DNA of 64,000 nucleotides, from contig JBFXJJ010000007.1 of NCBI GenBank assembly GCA_050175015.1, positions 10,513 to 74,512 of the forward strand, read 5' to 3'. Shown here in pieces: positions 45,701 through 55,598 of the stretch. The stretch's first letter is position 1. Every line of letters starts with the position of its first letter. Made by a program: the position numbers and the translations under genes. Source of the stretch: Alphaproteobacteria bacterium. Lineage in GTDB: Bacteria; Pseudomonadota; Alphaproteobacteria; JBFXJJ01. The notes beneath the pieces are model-generated. The model had not been told where the DNA came from, did not search any database, and saw only the letters and a program-made list of their open reading frames with translations.

Positions 45701-45850
45701 AGTGAAGAAGCCAAGCAGGCAATAACCGAAAATCAAAATTATATTGCTGAACAAGTTTTGGCAGTATCTTTTGTTTTAGGAAATGTTGCAGGCGGCAGTA
45801 CTGCTGAAATTGAAGGCGAGAAGGTCGATTTTAGTCTTCAAGTTGCATAA
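42743..45850 (+). CDS. ileS: Isoleucine--tRNA ligase, type 2 (archaeal/eukaryote-like IleRS2)
   Basis: GPPFANGTPHYGH (HIGH), GWDCHGLP, WTTTPWTLPSN, DWSISRNRFWGTP, KLSKR (KMSKS); long C-terminal extension without the IleRS1 Zn-binding tail. Confidence 0.95.
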   Translation: MDKQKYYPDVEAKADFPKIEEDVLSFWEKESIFEKSVSQRKGAEEFVFYDGPPFANGTPHYGHIMVSYVKDVVARYQTMNGKKVDRILGWDCHGLPAEMSAEQQLGVSGRKEIEKFGIAKFNEFCRKDVLKYSGVWIDVIKRIGRWVDYKHDYKTMDLPFMESVIHNFKALYEKGLIYEDYRVLPYSWAAETPLSNFEVNQGYKEKTDSAITVLFEMENGYKFLVWTTTPWTLPSNLMLAVGAEIEYAVMEEAGNQYIIAKALLPKYKQQFKDAKEVKTIKGSELVGMKYKPMFRFFENLKESGAFKVIAGEFVSVEDGTGIVHIAPGFGEDDFNVCRNYDKDFPIVCPVDEAGKFTSEVSDYEGKLVFDTNEPIMKLLKEQGKLVKKENYTHSYPFCWRTDQPLIYKAMSSWFVKVTDVKDDLLKSNEQMNWIPSHIKDGRFGKWLEGARDWSISRNRFWGTPIPVWKSDNPDFPRIDVFGSVEEIAQASGIKVSDLHKPYIDDVVYPNPDDKSGKTMMHRVSDVFDCWFESGSMPYGQIHYPFENKEWFENHFPADFITEAMDQTRGWFYTLTVLSTALHNRPAFKNCLCTGLLMGENNQKLSKRLKNYPDPNEVLNTIGSDTLRWFLVSSPVLKGGNLAVDKEGKEIAKAARVALIPLWNAFYFFCLYANAEGYKAKETYESENSMDNYILSKLKTLAVKVKAEMDIYNVGNACNEIANFMEILNNWYIRRCRNRFWSGQGDAFDVLYTVLLNICKIVAPLLPMTGEHIFKALSDDESVHLVEYPKLEKVKVDETLVKDMDFVMALCSSAKVIREDKNLRNRLPLAKLTVVGQSLEFLSDEYLDIIKDEINVKDVVKESNLADYASNYVYLYTPLIGKRLGSAMGSIMGAYKKGEWQVNEDGTLAIGGQILNADEFEARLEMKEGVAGKAFYNNKALVTIDTNVTPELKREGIARDFVRMVQNYRKESGLNVSDRIELIYQTSSEEAKQAITENQNYIAEQVLAVSFVLGNVAGGSTAEIEGEKVDFSLQVA

Positions 45851-45901
45851 CAGTTAAATTAAAGATGTTTTAAAAAAACATTGAAATAAATTTAAGCGAA
45901 T

Positions 45902-45940
45902 AAAAGCAAATATTTAACAAGGTATTTGCTTTTATTTTTT
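45902..45940 (+). terminator. Intrinsic terminator after ileS
   Basis: AAAAGCAAATA/TATTTGCTTTT 11-bp stem followed by a T-rich run. Confidence 0.6.
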
Positions 45941-46026
45941 TTGTTTAAAATTTTTATTATTTTTTTCTAACTAAAAAAAAGTTATAATTGCAAAAAATCT
46001 TAAAAAATACATTTTAATCAATCTTT

Positions 46027-49000
46027 ATGGAAAGCTTTTTTGCTATGCTTAAATCTTTATCTAAGAAATGTCTGCTGCTTATTGCTGTGCTTACTTTGGT
46101 TGCAACATCATTGAATGCTAAAGAACAGTTGAAACCTCTCACTAAAAGCGAGGTTCCAGAAGTTTTAAGAGAATGGATTCCTTTTACTTTATTTGGAGTT
46201 GATGAAAAGGAATTTAAAAACCCTTGTCCCTATCTTTATGATAACTTTAATCGCAGGGTTTGTTTGTTCCCTGACAAAATAAAGATAGATGTTAAAAACG
46301 AAGGTTTTTCATTTGAACAAAATTGGCGGGCATATGATGAAGGTTTCTTAACCATTGCGGGCGGTTATGGTTTATGGCCGCAAAATGTTAAACTTAATAA
46401 TAAGACCGTTCCTGTAGTAACTAAAGATGACGAACCTGCAGTTTATGTTTCTGAAGCTGGTGTTTATCAAATAACCGGTGAAGTAAAATGGGATAAAATG
46501 CCAGAGACCATAAAAATACCTGTGGCAACCGCTGCTGTAGATTTAACCGTTGAAGGTAAAAAAACAGAAATTCCAGAAATTGATGATAATGGTAAAATAA
46601 GGTTAAAACGCAAGCAAAAAATTGAGGTTAAAACATCAGATTCTGCAACGCTAAAAATATCAAGACATATTGTTGATGAGGTTCCAACAAAAGTTGAAAC
46701 GTTATTAAGCCTAGAAGTTTCTGGTCAAGATAGAGAAATAGTTCTTGCTAAACCTGAGCTTGATGGATTTAAAACTGTTGATATCAAATTTCCTCTTCCA
46801 ATCAAGATAGAAAATAACGGCAATTACAAAGTTTATGCTAAAGCTGGAAGATGGTATTGCTCAATAACATCAGTTGCTAAAAGTCCGTTTACGGAACTTG
46901 CGTTTTTAGATACGCCTAGTGAGGGCTTATCAGCTCAGGAAGAAATTTGGACATTTGAGGCAAGACCTGATTTACGTTCTGTAACGATTAAAGGGGTGAA
47001 ATCTATTGATCCGTCTCTTACCGAAATTCCTAGAAACAAAAGGAAATATCCTGCATATCTCGTGAGCTTTGGGGATAAAATGATTTTTGATGAGGAAAAA
47101 AGAGGCTTTGATGAAAATACCCCAGATGAATTAAGGTTGAGACGCAAGTGGGTTATGATGCTTGATGGGCAAGGCTATTTTATAAAAGATGATATTTCAG
47201 GGAGTATTAATAAGAGTACCCGTTTAGAAATGGCAAACGGCGAATTAGGTCGAGTTGATATTAATGATGTCAGCCAGCTTATTACCAAAATTGATGATGC
47301 GGCGGCACCTGGTGTTGAAGTCCGCCAAGGTGCCATTAATCTTAGAGCCGACAGCCGTGTTCTTGGAGATATTGCTAATCTTGATGTCAATGGCTGGAAA
47401 AGTGATTTTAAAAGAATTGATGCCTCTTTAACACTGCCTCCAGGTTGGAGCTTGTTTGAAGCTTTTGGAGCCGATGAGGCGTATCCGACTTGGGTTGGAA
47501 AATGGACTCTGCTTGATGTTTTTATTGTTTTGGTGACCTCTGCGGCACTTTATAAATTGCTCGGCGCATCTTATGGCTTTTTAAGCGTTATAACTTTAGT
47601 TTTAACTCATCACGAGCTGCCAGCGGCATCATGGTTGATTTTGTTTGCAGTTATTGCCTTGGCACTAGAAAAATTTTTGCCCGAGTGTTTCTTATCAAAG
47701 CTTACAAAATATTCCCGCAGGCTTCTGTATCTTTCTTTGCTTATTACGATTGCAGTGTTTTCAATAGATCATATCCGTCAAGCAGTGTATCCCGCAATTG
47801 AAGATTTCAGTTATGGTCGAAGAATTTATCAAGGTTATTATGATGGGGAAGAGATGTTGTTTAACGATACATATGGCGGTGCTTTACAAGCTCCAGCATT
47901 GCAAAAGGCGGAAGGATCTCCTCGTCGTGTTCGAAAAGGAAAACTTGCAGGAATAGCTGCTGATTCTATGAATCTTATGGAAGAATCCGTAGCGGTTACC
48001 AGCGATGTTATGCAAGAAAAAGAAAGCCTGAATGTAAAAAGTTATAATCTTCAGAATATGCTCAAAGACACAAATGTTCAAACCGGCGTCGGCGTTTCAG
48101 AATGGCGGGGAAAAGAAATCTTTTTAAAATGGAATTCGATGGTTGAAGCGGGTCATAAAGTTAAATTAATTTTTATTTCAGCAAGGTTGAATATGGTTTT
48201 ATCTTTTGTAAGGGTTATTTTGCTGTGGTTGCTAGCAGGAGTTTTGATAGCATCAAAAGAGCATTTGAAGAAAGTTAAAGACTTCGCTTCGGAATATGTT
48301 TTTAAAAATTCTACCAGAATAGCGACTATGCTGATTGTTGCAAGTTTGGTTATGGCTTCATCTCAAGCTAAATCGGCAGAAGCAACGCCATTTCCTTCTA
48401 AGGAAATGCTGCAAGAATTGAAAACAAGAGTGATGCCGCAAATACCAGAAAAACCCGATTGTTATCCTGATTGTTTTAATATTGAAAAAACGCATATTTT
48501 TGCGAATGGCAATGTTCTCTCAATTAAGAACAGGGTTCATGTTGCCAGTGATGAAGATATTATTTTTCCTCTGCCTACCGTTGCAGGGAAAACAAGACCA
48601 AACGCTGTAATAATTAACGGCAATAGCCTTGCGCCATCATTTTATATGAATAATGCGGGCTTTGTTGTCTTGGGTAAAGGCATTAATGATGTCGAAGTTA
48701 TTAGCGATATACCTCAAGTAGATGCGGTTCAAATTAACTTTCCCCTGAAAGCTTCTGTGGTTACTAGTGAAGCTAAGGGCTGGACTATTCGAGGAATTGA
48801 AGAAGATAAAACGGTATCAGGAGTTGTGCAGTTAGTTAAAGAGCAGACAAAAGAAGAAAAAGCAGAAAACAAGGAAGAGGAAAAATATAATACGCCTCAA
48901 ATAAAACCCTATTTAATTGTTGAAAGAAATATTGATTTAGGGCTTACGTGGACAGTTGTAACAAGGGTTATAATTGCAAATTCTAATACGGTGGGAGCAG

Positions 49001-50280
49001 TTGTAAAAATTCCGCTGCTTAACGGAGAGTCTGTAACTACCAAAGGAATAGAAGTAACAGATGGGCAAGCTGTAATTGATGTTACAACTAATATGCCGCC
49101 AGTTGTCTGGAACTCTGTTTTGGAAGAAAAAAGCCTTGTTGAGCTTTTTGTTTCTCCAAATGAATTTTTTACCGAAGTTTGGAAAATTAACGCATCTAAT
49201 ATCTGGAATGTTAAAGCTGAGGGACTTCCTAGAATAAGCAGCGATAAAGAATCAGGGCTAATGGTTTTTAAGCCTTGGGCAGGAGAGGCTTTGAGGCTTA
49301 ATGTTGTTAAACCTCAGGCGGTTGATGGTCAGGTTAAAACTTTTGATAAAATCGAGCTTTCAGTTAAGCCTAGCGAACGAAACTTAAGTATGGTTCTAGA
49401 TATGGTTCTTCGCAGCAGTTTAGGCACACAGCATAAAATTAAAATACCTGATAGTGCTAAATCTCCTACAGTCTTAATCAATGGAGAAAGGCAGTTTGCT
49501 AATTTTGAAAATGGCGAAATTGTTTTTCCTGTAGTCCCAGGTTCAAGGAATGTTAGGGTCGAATGGCTACAGCCCGAAAACATTACCAATATGTTTAAAA
49601 TGCCTAAAGTAGATGTTGGCGCTTCTGCGGTTAATGTTAAGATAAGCGCTGATATTCCAGAAAAAAGATGGATTTTGTTGGCAGGAGGTGCTGCAATTAA
49701 TCCTGCAATCTTGTTCTGGAGCATTTTGCCTTTAATTATATTATTGGCGGTTGGTCTAGGATTTTATCCATCGTCAATACCGCTTAAGAAAAGACATTGG
49801 TTTCTGCTGTTTCTAGGTTTAAGTCAAACTAGTATGATGGCTATCGGAACGATAGTTGTCTGGTTTTTACTTTTAGAAATACGTAAAAACAACACAATGG
49901 AAGGAAAAAGCAGGTTCTTTTTTAATTTAAGACAGTTGTTTTTTGTGGTGCTGACATTCTTTGTCGCTAATGCCTTAATTTCAGGCATAGCCAATGGTCT
50001 TTTGGGCAGTCCTGATATGAAAATAGCAGGCTATGCATCATCATCACATATTCTTGGCTGGTATCAAGACTTTATAAACGGCAGCATTCCTGATGTATGG
50101 TTTATATCTGTACCGATTTATGTTTGGCGTGGTTTGATGCTGCTTTGGGCTTTGTGGCTTGCTTTTGCCGTTACGTCTTGGGCAGAATGGGCTTTTGCTT
50201 GTTTTTCTTCAGGAGGTGTATGGCGTAAGAAAAAAGAAGACGCTGTTGAGGAGTTAAAAACACCGCCTAGAAAGCAATAA
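46027..50280 (+). CDS. Large hypothetical exported/inner-membrane protein (two soluble domains, two TM bundles)
   Basis: 1417 aa. Signal peptide (CLLLIAVLTLVATSLNA), a soluble beta-rich region, a TM block, an internal signal-like segment, a second soluble region and a C-terminal TM block. Confidence 0.8.
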   Translation: MESFFAMLKSLSKKCLLLIAVLTLVATSLNAKEQLKPLTKSEVPEVLREWIPFTLFGVDEKEFKNPCPYLYDNFNRRVCLFPDKIKIDVKNEGFSFEQNWRAYDEGFLTIAGGYGLWPQNVKLNNKTVPVVTKDDEPAVYVSEAGVYQITGEVKWDKMPETIKIPVATAAVDLTVEGKKTEIPEIDDNGKIRLKRKQKIEVKTSDSATLKISRHIVDEVPTKVETLLSLEVSGQDREIVLAKPELDGFKTVDIKFPLPIKIENNGNYKVYAKAGRWYCSITSVAKSPFTELAFLDTPSEGLSAQEEIWTFEARPDLRSVTIKGVKSIDPSLTEIPRNKRKYPAYLVSFGDKMIFDEEKRGFDENTPDELRLRRKWVMMLDGQGYFIKDDISGSINKSTRLEMANGELGRVDINDVSQLITKIDDAAAPGVEVRQGAINLRADSRVLGDIANLDVNGWKSDFKRIDASLTLPPGWSLFEAFGADEAYPTWVGKWTLLDVFIVLVTSAALYKLLGASYGFLSVITLVLTHHELPAASWLILFAVIALALEKFLPECFLSKLTKYSRRLLYLSLLITIAVFSIDHIRQAVYPAIEDFSYGRRIYQGYYDGEEMLFNDTYGGALQAPALQKAEGSPRRVRKGKLAGIAADSMNLMEESVAVTSDVMQEKESLNVKSYNLQNMLKDTNVQTGVGVSEWRGKEIFLKWNSMVEAGHKVKLIFISARLNMVLSFVRVILLWLLAGVLIASKEHLKKVKDFASEYVFKNSTRIATMLIVASLVMASSQAKSAEATPFPSKEMLQELKTRVMPQIPEKPDCYPDCFNIEKTHIFANGNVLSIKNRVHVASDEDIIFPLPTVAGKTRPNAVIINGNSLAPSFYMNNAGFVVLGKGINDVEVISDIPQVDAVQINFPLKASVVTSEAKGWTIRGIEEDKTVSGVVQLVKEQTKEEKAENKEEEKYNTPQIKPYLIVERNIDLGLTWTVVTRVIIANSNTVGAVVKIPLLNGESVTTKGIEVTDGQAVIDVTTNMPPVVWNSVLEEKSLVELFVSPNEFFTEVWKINASNIWNVKAEGLPRISSDKESGLMVFKPWAGEALRLNVVKPQAVDGQVKTFDKIELSVKPSERNLSMVLDMVLRSSLGTQHKIKIPDSAKSPTVLINGERQFANFENGEIVFPVVPGSRNVRVEWLQPENITNMFKMPKVDVGASAVNVKISADIPEKRWILLAGGAAINPAILFWSILPLIILLAVGLGFYPSSIPLKKRHWFLLFLGLSQTSMMAIGTIVVWFLLLEIRKNNTMEGKSRFFFNLRQLFFVVLTFFVANALISGIANGLLGSPDMKIAGYASSSHILGWYQDFINGSIPDVWFISVPIYVWRGLMLLWALWLAFAVTSWAEWAFACFSSGGVWRKKKEDAVEELKTPPRKQ

Positions 50281-50414
50281 GTTAATTAGAGATAGAGATT
50301 TTAGTAGTAGATGTGTTTGTGAATATTTTTTAAAAAAAGCATTAAAACTTAGAAAAAAAAATTAAAACAAGCTATCCTGCTATAGTTGTTAAAGCAAGGT
50401 GGAAAGCTTAAAAA

Positions 50415-51413
50415 ATGATGAAGCAAGATACGACTTATGATGTTTTAGCTATAGGTAATGCGATAGTTGATGTCTTAACAAGGGTTGGTGACCAGTTTTT
50501 AGTAGAACACGGCATTAATAAAGCGGTTATGAATATTTGTGATACTGAAAAATCCAATTATTTATTTAAGTGTATTGTTCCTGAACACGAATGCTCGGGA
50601 GGCTCTGCTGCTAGTACGGTTATAGGTATAGCATCTCTTGGAGGAACCCCTGCTTTTATTGGCAAAATTAGAGACGATAAATGCGGCAAAGTTTTTAAAA
50701 GAGATATTGGTACTTCTGGAGTCGATTTTTTTACTAAATCATTATTTGACGGTCCCAATACTGGAAAATGTATTATTTTAGTTACTCCAGATGAACAAAG
50801 TACGCAAGTTACTTACCCAGGAGCGTGTACGCTGCTTAGTGAAGATGATATTGATCCTGATATTATCGGGCTGGCTAAAATTTTATATTTAGAAAGTTAT
50901 CTTTTAGATTATGATTCTCCTAAAAAAGCATTCAAATTGGCTTGTGATATTGCCAAAGATAAAGGCTGTCAGATAGCTATTTCGCTATCGGATAAATCTT
51001 GCGTCGATCGCAATCGTAAAGATTTAATTGATATTATAGGCAATTATGCTGATATTGTTTTTGCAACTGATGCTGAAATTATGAATTTTTATCAAACCGA
51101 TAATCTTGATAAAGCTCTTAATGATGCTAAAAATCATACTAAAATTACGGCAATCACAAGAAAGAATAAGGGTTCGATTGTTGTCTCAGATAAAATAAAA
51201 GTTTATGCCGAGGCTGAGGTTGTTACTGATTTGGTTGACATAACAGGTGCAGGTGATTTATATGTCGCAGGGTTCCTTTATGGTTATGCTTATGGTAAAG
51301 ATTTGGCTACGTGTGCTCGTATTGGCTCCATAACTGCGGCTGAGGTTATAACGCATTATGGGTCAAGGCCTGAGGTTTCGTTAAGAAGTTTCGTGCGTAA
51401 GTATATGGTTTAA
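50415..51413 (+). CDS. PfkB/adenosine-kinase-family protein, diverged paralogue
   Basis: IGNAIVD, GGSAAST, DITGAGDLYVAG; same length (332 aa) as and collinear with the next gene. Confidence 0.85.
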   Translation: MMKQDTTYDVLAIGNAIVDVLTRVGDQFLVEHGINKAVMNICDTEKSNYLFKCIVPEHECSGGSAASTVIGIASLGGTPAFIGKIRDDKCGKVFKRDIGTSGVDFFTKSLFDGPNTGKCIILVTPDEQSTQVTYPGACTLLSEDDIDPDIIGLAKILYLESYLLDYDSPKKAFKLACDIAKDKGCQIAISLSDKSCVDRNRKDLIDIIGNYADIVFATDAEIMNFYQTDNLDKALNDAKNHTKITAITRKNKGSIVVSDKIKVYAEAEVVTDLVDITGAGDLYVAGFLYGYAYGKDLATCARIGSITAAEVITHYGSRPEVSLRSFVRKYMV

Positions 51414-51438
51414 AAAATTAAAAAAGGGTTTAAGTATT

Positions 51439-52437
51439 ATGACACAAGATATTACATATGACATGGTTGCAATCGGAAATGCGATAGTTGATGTAATGAC
51501 AAGGGTTAGCGATATGTTTCTTGACGAACGAGATTTAGTTAAAGGTTCGATGGCTCTTATTGATGCAAAAAAAGCAGGGGATTTATATTCTCAGATTGAT
51601 CCTGAACGTGAATGTTCAGGTGGTTCTGCGGCTAATACCGTTGTTGGTTTTGCAGCTCTTGGTGGAACGCCAGCGTTTATTGGCAAGGTTCACGCCGATG
51701 AGCTAGGCAAGCTTTTTAAAAGAGATATTGGCGTAGCTGGTGTCGAATTTCCAACCCCTCCAATGTATGAAGGTCCAAGTACAGGCAGATGCATAGTTTT
51801 AGTTACTCCCGATTCTCAAAGAACGATGAATACCTATCTTGGCGCTTGTTCTAAACTAAGTGTTGATGACATTGATGATGAACTTATAAAAAATTCCAAA
51901 ATTACTTATTTGGAAGGCTATCTTTGGGACGAAGAAGATGCTAAAAAGGCCATGACTAGAGCTTGTGAAATAGCAGAAAAATATGATCGCAAAGTTGCAC
52001 TTACTCTTTCTGACAGTTTTTGTGTCGACCGTCATCGTGATGAATTTCTTAAACTTATTAAAGAACACGTTAATATTCTTTTTGCGAATGAAAGCGAGAT
52101 TAAAGCTCTTTATCAAACAGATAATTTCGAAGAAGTTGTAAAAAAAGTAAAAAAAGATTGCGAAATTACAGCAATTACTAGACAAGAAAAAGGCTCCGTT
52201 GTAATTTCTGGTATGATTTCTACTTACGTTGACGCTGAAGACGTCAAGGAGGTTGTTGACAGTACAGGCGCTGGAGATTTATATGCTGCAGGTTTCCTTT
52301 ATGGTTATTGTAATGACTATGATTTAGGAGTTTGCGCACGTATCGGCGGTATTGCAGCTGGAGAGATTATTACGCACTATGGGGCAAGACCAGAAGTTTC
52401 ACTCAAAGGACTGGTTCGTAAAAAACTAGGAATATAA
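51439..52437 (+). CDS. Adenosine kinase / PfkB-family carbohydrate kinase
   Basis: IGNAIVD, GGSAANT, RTMNTYLGA, FANESE, DSTGAGDLYAAG. Confidence 0.9.
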   Translation: MTQDITYDMVAIGNAIVDVMTRVSDMFLDERDLVKGSMALIDAKKAGDLYSQIDPERECSGGSAANTVVGFAALGGTPAFIGKVHADELGKLFKRDIGVAGVEFPTPPMYEGPSTGRCIVLVTPDSQRTMNTYLGACSKLSVDDIDDELIKNSKITYLEGYLWDEEDAKKAMTRACEIAEKYDRKVALTLSDSFCVDRHRDEFLKLIKEHVNILFANESEIKALYQTDNFEEVVKKVKKDCEITAITRQEKGSVVISGMISTYVDAEDVKEVVDSTGAGDLYAAGFLYGYCNDYDLGVCARIGGIAAGEIITHYGARPEVSLKGLVRKKLGI

Positions 52438-52460
52438 TAAACAATAACAATTAATTTTTT

Positions 52461-52477
52461 AAGCCTTTAAAAGGCTT
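52461..52477. terminator. Short inverted repeat between PfkB and typA
   Basis: AAGCCTTTAAAAGGCTT; no U-tract on the + strand. Confidence 0.3.
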
Positions 52478-52493
52478 GGGGCAAATTCTAATT

Positions 52494-54320
52494 ATGGAAT
52501 TAAGAAATATTGCAATCATTGCCCATGTTGACCATGGCAAAACAACGCTTGTTGACTCGATGTTTAAACAAAGCGGCATTTATAGAAAAAATCAAGCAAT
52601 TGCTGAAAGAGCAATGGACTCTAATGATTTAGAAAGAGAAAGAGGCATTACGATTCTATCAAAATGTACCTCCATTCTTTGGCAGGATTTTCACATTAAT
52701 ATTGTAGACACACCGGGACACGCTGATTTTGGTGGTGAGGTTGAGCGTATTTTAGGAATGGTCGACGGTGTGGTTTTGTTGGTCGACGCTGCGGAAGGAC
52801 CTTTGCCTCAAACTAAGTTCGTATTATCAAAGGCTCTTAAGCTAGGAATTAAACCGATTGTTGTTATTAATAAGGTTGACCGTGGCGATGCTCGTCCTGA
52901 CGAGGTTTTAAATGAAGTTTTTGATTTGTTTGTTACGCTTGATGCGTCATCAGAACAACTCGATTTTCCAACATTATATGCTTGTGGTCGTGAAGGCTGG
53001 GCAGTGCTTGATGTTGCCAATGATGAACATAAGGATTTAGAACCGTTATTTAAAACCATAGTTAAGCACGTTCCTGCTCCAGCATGTGAGCCTCAAAAAC
53101 CATTTTCAATGCTGGCAACAACTCTTGAAGCCGATCCATATATTGGCAGAGTGCTGACAGGAAAAATCTTTTCAGGTAAAATTAAGGTCAATGAAGTTGT
53201 TAGAGCGCTTCATATTGACGGCAAAGAAATTGAAAGAGCAAGAATTACCAAAATTCTTTCATTTAAAGGTACGGAAAGAATAGCTATTCCAGAAGCCGCT
53301 GCTGGTGATATTGTTGCTATTTCTGGTTTTTCAAAAGCAAGTGTTGCTGATACTTTATGTTCTTTTGAAATTGAAAATCCAATTAAAGCGCAGCCTATCG
53401 ATCCTCCAACATTGTTTATGATTTTTTCCGTCAACGATTCCCCGCTTGCTGGGCTTGATGGCGATAAATTAACATCAAGGGTTTTGGGAGCAAGGCTCAA
53501 AAAAGAAGCTGAAGGCAATATTGCTTTAAGAATTAGAGACACTGAAAATACAGATGCTTTTGAGGTCGCGGGCAGAGGCGAACTTCAACTTGGAATTTTA
53601 ATTGAGACGATGAGACGTGAAGGTTTTGAGATGTGTATCAGCCGTCCACAAGTTCTTTTTAAATATGATGAAAATGGTGCTAAGCTGGAACCAATTGAAG
53701 AAGTAGTAATTGACGTTGACGAAGAATTCTCGGGCGTTGTTGTTGAAAAAATGGGGAACAGAAAGGGCGAGCTTTTAGAAATGCGTCCTTCAAGTGGCGG
53801 CAAAAATCGTCTTGTTTTCCGTGCGCCTTCTCGTGGTTTAATCGGTTATCACTCTGAGTTTATGACCGATACCAGAGGAACAGGAATTATTAACCGTCTT
53901 TTTTATGCTTATGAACCATACAAAGGCGGCATTGAGAAACATCGAGTAGGTGTTATGATTTCTAATGCCAGAGGTGAAGCCATTCCTTATTCTTTATGGA
54001 AACTCGAAGATAGAGGGCCAATGCTTATTCCTGCGAACGTTCCAGTATATGAAGGAATGATTATTGGTGAGCATACTAAGGGAACAGATTTAGAAGTTAA
54101 TCCAACCAAAACAAAGCAGCTCACAAACATTCGTGCCGCGGGAAAAGATGAAAACGTCACGCTTTCTCCTTACCGCAAAATGAGTTTGGAAGATGCGTTG
54201 TCATATATTGAAGAAGATGAACTTGTTGAAGTAACTCCTAAGACAATGAGATTACGTAAAGCAATTTTAGATTCTAATAATAGAAAACGCCAAGCTAGAA
54301 AGAAGTCTGTTGAAGAATAA
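52494..54320 (+). CDS. typA: Translational GTPase TypA/BipA
   Basis: [56 protein letters not shown]. Confidence 0.97.
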   Translation: MELRNIAIIAHVDHGKTTLVDSMFKQSGIYRKNQAIAERAMDSNDLERERGITILSKCTSILWQDFHINIVDTPGHADFGGEVERILGMVDGVVLLVDAAEGPLPQTKFVLSKALKLGIKPIVVINKVDRGDARPDEVLNEVFDLFVTLDASSEQLDFPTLYACGREGWAVLDVANDEHKDLEPLFKTIVKHVPAPACEPQKPFSMLATTLEADPYIGRVLTGKIFSGKIKVNEVVRALHIDGKEIERARITKILSFKGTERIAIPEAAAGDIVAISGFSKASVADTLCSFEIENPIKAQPIDPPTLFMIFSVNDSPLAGLDGDKLTSRVLGARLKKEAEGNIALRIRDTENTDAFEVAGRGELQLGILIETMRREGFEMCISRPQVLFKYDENGAKLEPIEEVVIDVDEEFSGVVVEKMGNRKGELLEMRPSSGGKNRLVFRAPSRGLIGYHSEFMTDTRGTGIINRLFYAYEPYKGGIEKHRVGVMISNARGEAIPYSLWKLEDRGPMLIPANVPVYEGMIIGEHTKGTDLEVNPTKTKQLTNIRAAGKDENVTLSPYRKMSLEDALSYIEEDELVEVTPKTMRLRKAILDSNNRKRQARKKSVEE

Positions 54321-55593
54321 TTCGTTGTTTAAAAATTTTGCCGTTTATTTAGACAAGCGTATTATATCAATTCTATTCTTAGGTTTTTCTAGCGGTTTAC
54401 CGCTGCTTCTGCTGTTTTCAACTTTGAGTTTTTGGCTCAAAGATGCAGGTGTTCCTATTGAACTTATCGGTTTTTTCAGTTTAGTAAGAACACCTTACAG
54501 TTTTAAGTTTCTATGGTCTCCTTTAATCGATAGATACAAAATACCATATTTTTCAAAAGTTATGGGCAGGCGGCGCTCTTGGGTTCTTCTTACTCAAATT
54601 TTATTAATGTTTTCTATCTGGGGTATGGCTTGTTCTAATCCTAACAGCTCGTTGTATGTGATGGGCTGTTTCGCTTTTCTTGTTGCCTTTTTTTCATCAT
54701 CTCAAGATATTGTTATCGATGCTTACCGTATTGAGATTCTAGAAGAAACAGAACAGGGGGCAGGCTCGGCTATGGTTGTTCTTGGTTATAGGATAGCTAT
54801 GTTGTTTTCTGGAGCTGGAGCTTTATATTTAGCCTCATTCTTTTCTTGGCAGGTAGTTTATATGGTTATGGGTTGTGCTGTTTTGGTCGGCATAATTACG
54901 ATTCTCCTTATAAAAGAGCCTAAATATGAAGAAAAAGGAGAAAGTATTTCTCAGAAAGAAGATTTTCTAATTGCAATTTTTAGAAAAAGTATTGTTGAGC
55001 CGCTGAAAGATTTTATGCAAAGACCAAAAGCTATTTGGATTCTTGCTTTTATAATGGTTTATAAATTGTGCGATACCTATATGGGAATTATGGCTAATCC
55101 CTTTTATGTGGAAGTTGGTTTTTCTAAGGAAACAATCGCTAAAATTATCCAAGTATATGGAATGGGTGCAACGATTACAGGCGGTATATTAGGCGGTGTT
55201 TTTGTGAAAAAATACGGCATTATGAACTCGTTATTTGTCGGTGCAATTCTGCAAGCTTTATCTAATTTGATGTATGCAGCGCAGGCGGTTGTCGGTAATG
55301 ACGAACGTTTTTTAGTGTTAACCATAACGGTTGAAAATATTAGCGGCGGTTTGGGAACTACAGCTTTTGTTGCTTATATGTCAAGTCTTTGCAGTATAGC
55401 TTATACGGCAACACAATATGCTCTTTTAAGTTCTATTATGGCATTTGCGCGGGATATTCTTGCGTCAACCAGCGGAAAAGTAGCTTTTCTTTTGGGGTGG
55501 ACTAATTTTTTTATCGTAACAAGTTTTATGGCTATTCCTAGTTTGTTATTGTTGATAATCATAAAAAAATATCCTATAAAAAATAAGGAGTAA
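54310..55593 (+). CDS. ampG: AmpG-family muropeptide MFS transporter
   Basis: LGFSSGLP, FKFLWSPLID, GRRRSW, SSSQDIVIDAYR, TATQYALLSS. Confidence 0.9.
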   Translation: MKNNSLFKNFAVYLDKRIISILFLGFSSGLPLLLLFSTLSFWLKDAGVPIELIGFFSLVRTPYSFKFLWSPLIDRYKIPYFSKVMGRRRSWVLLTQILLMFSIWGMACSNPNSSLYVMGCFAFLVAFFSSSQDIVIDAYRIEILEETEQGAGSAMVVLGYRIAMLFSGAGALYLASFFSWQVVYMVMGCAVLVGIITILLIKEPKYEEKGESISQKEDFLIAIFRKSIVEPLKDFMQRPKAIWILAFIMVYKLCDTYMGIMANPFYVEVGFSKETIAKIIQVYGMGATITGGILGGVFVKKYGIMNSLFVGAILQALSNLMYAAQAVVGNDERFLVLTITVENISGGLGTTAFVAYMSSLCSIAYTATQYALLSSIMAFARDILASTSGKVAFLLGWTNFFIVTSFMAIPSLLLLIIIKKYPIKNKE

Positions 55594-55598
55594 AAAAA

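Noticed and set aside
42743-45850. IleRS2 as a self-resistance gene for the cluster
   Set aside because: It is separated by two unrelated genes, has its own promoter-like element and terminator and an ordinary HYGH motif, and there is no evidence of a second ileS copy. The predicted product has no aminoacyl-adenylate mimic features.
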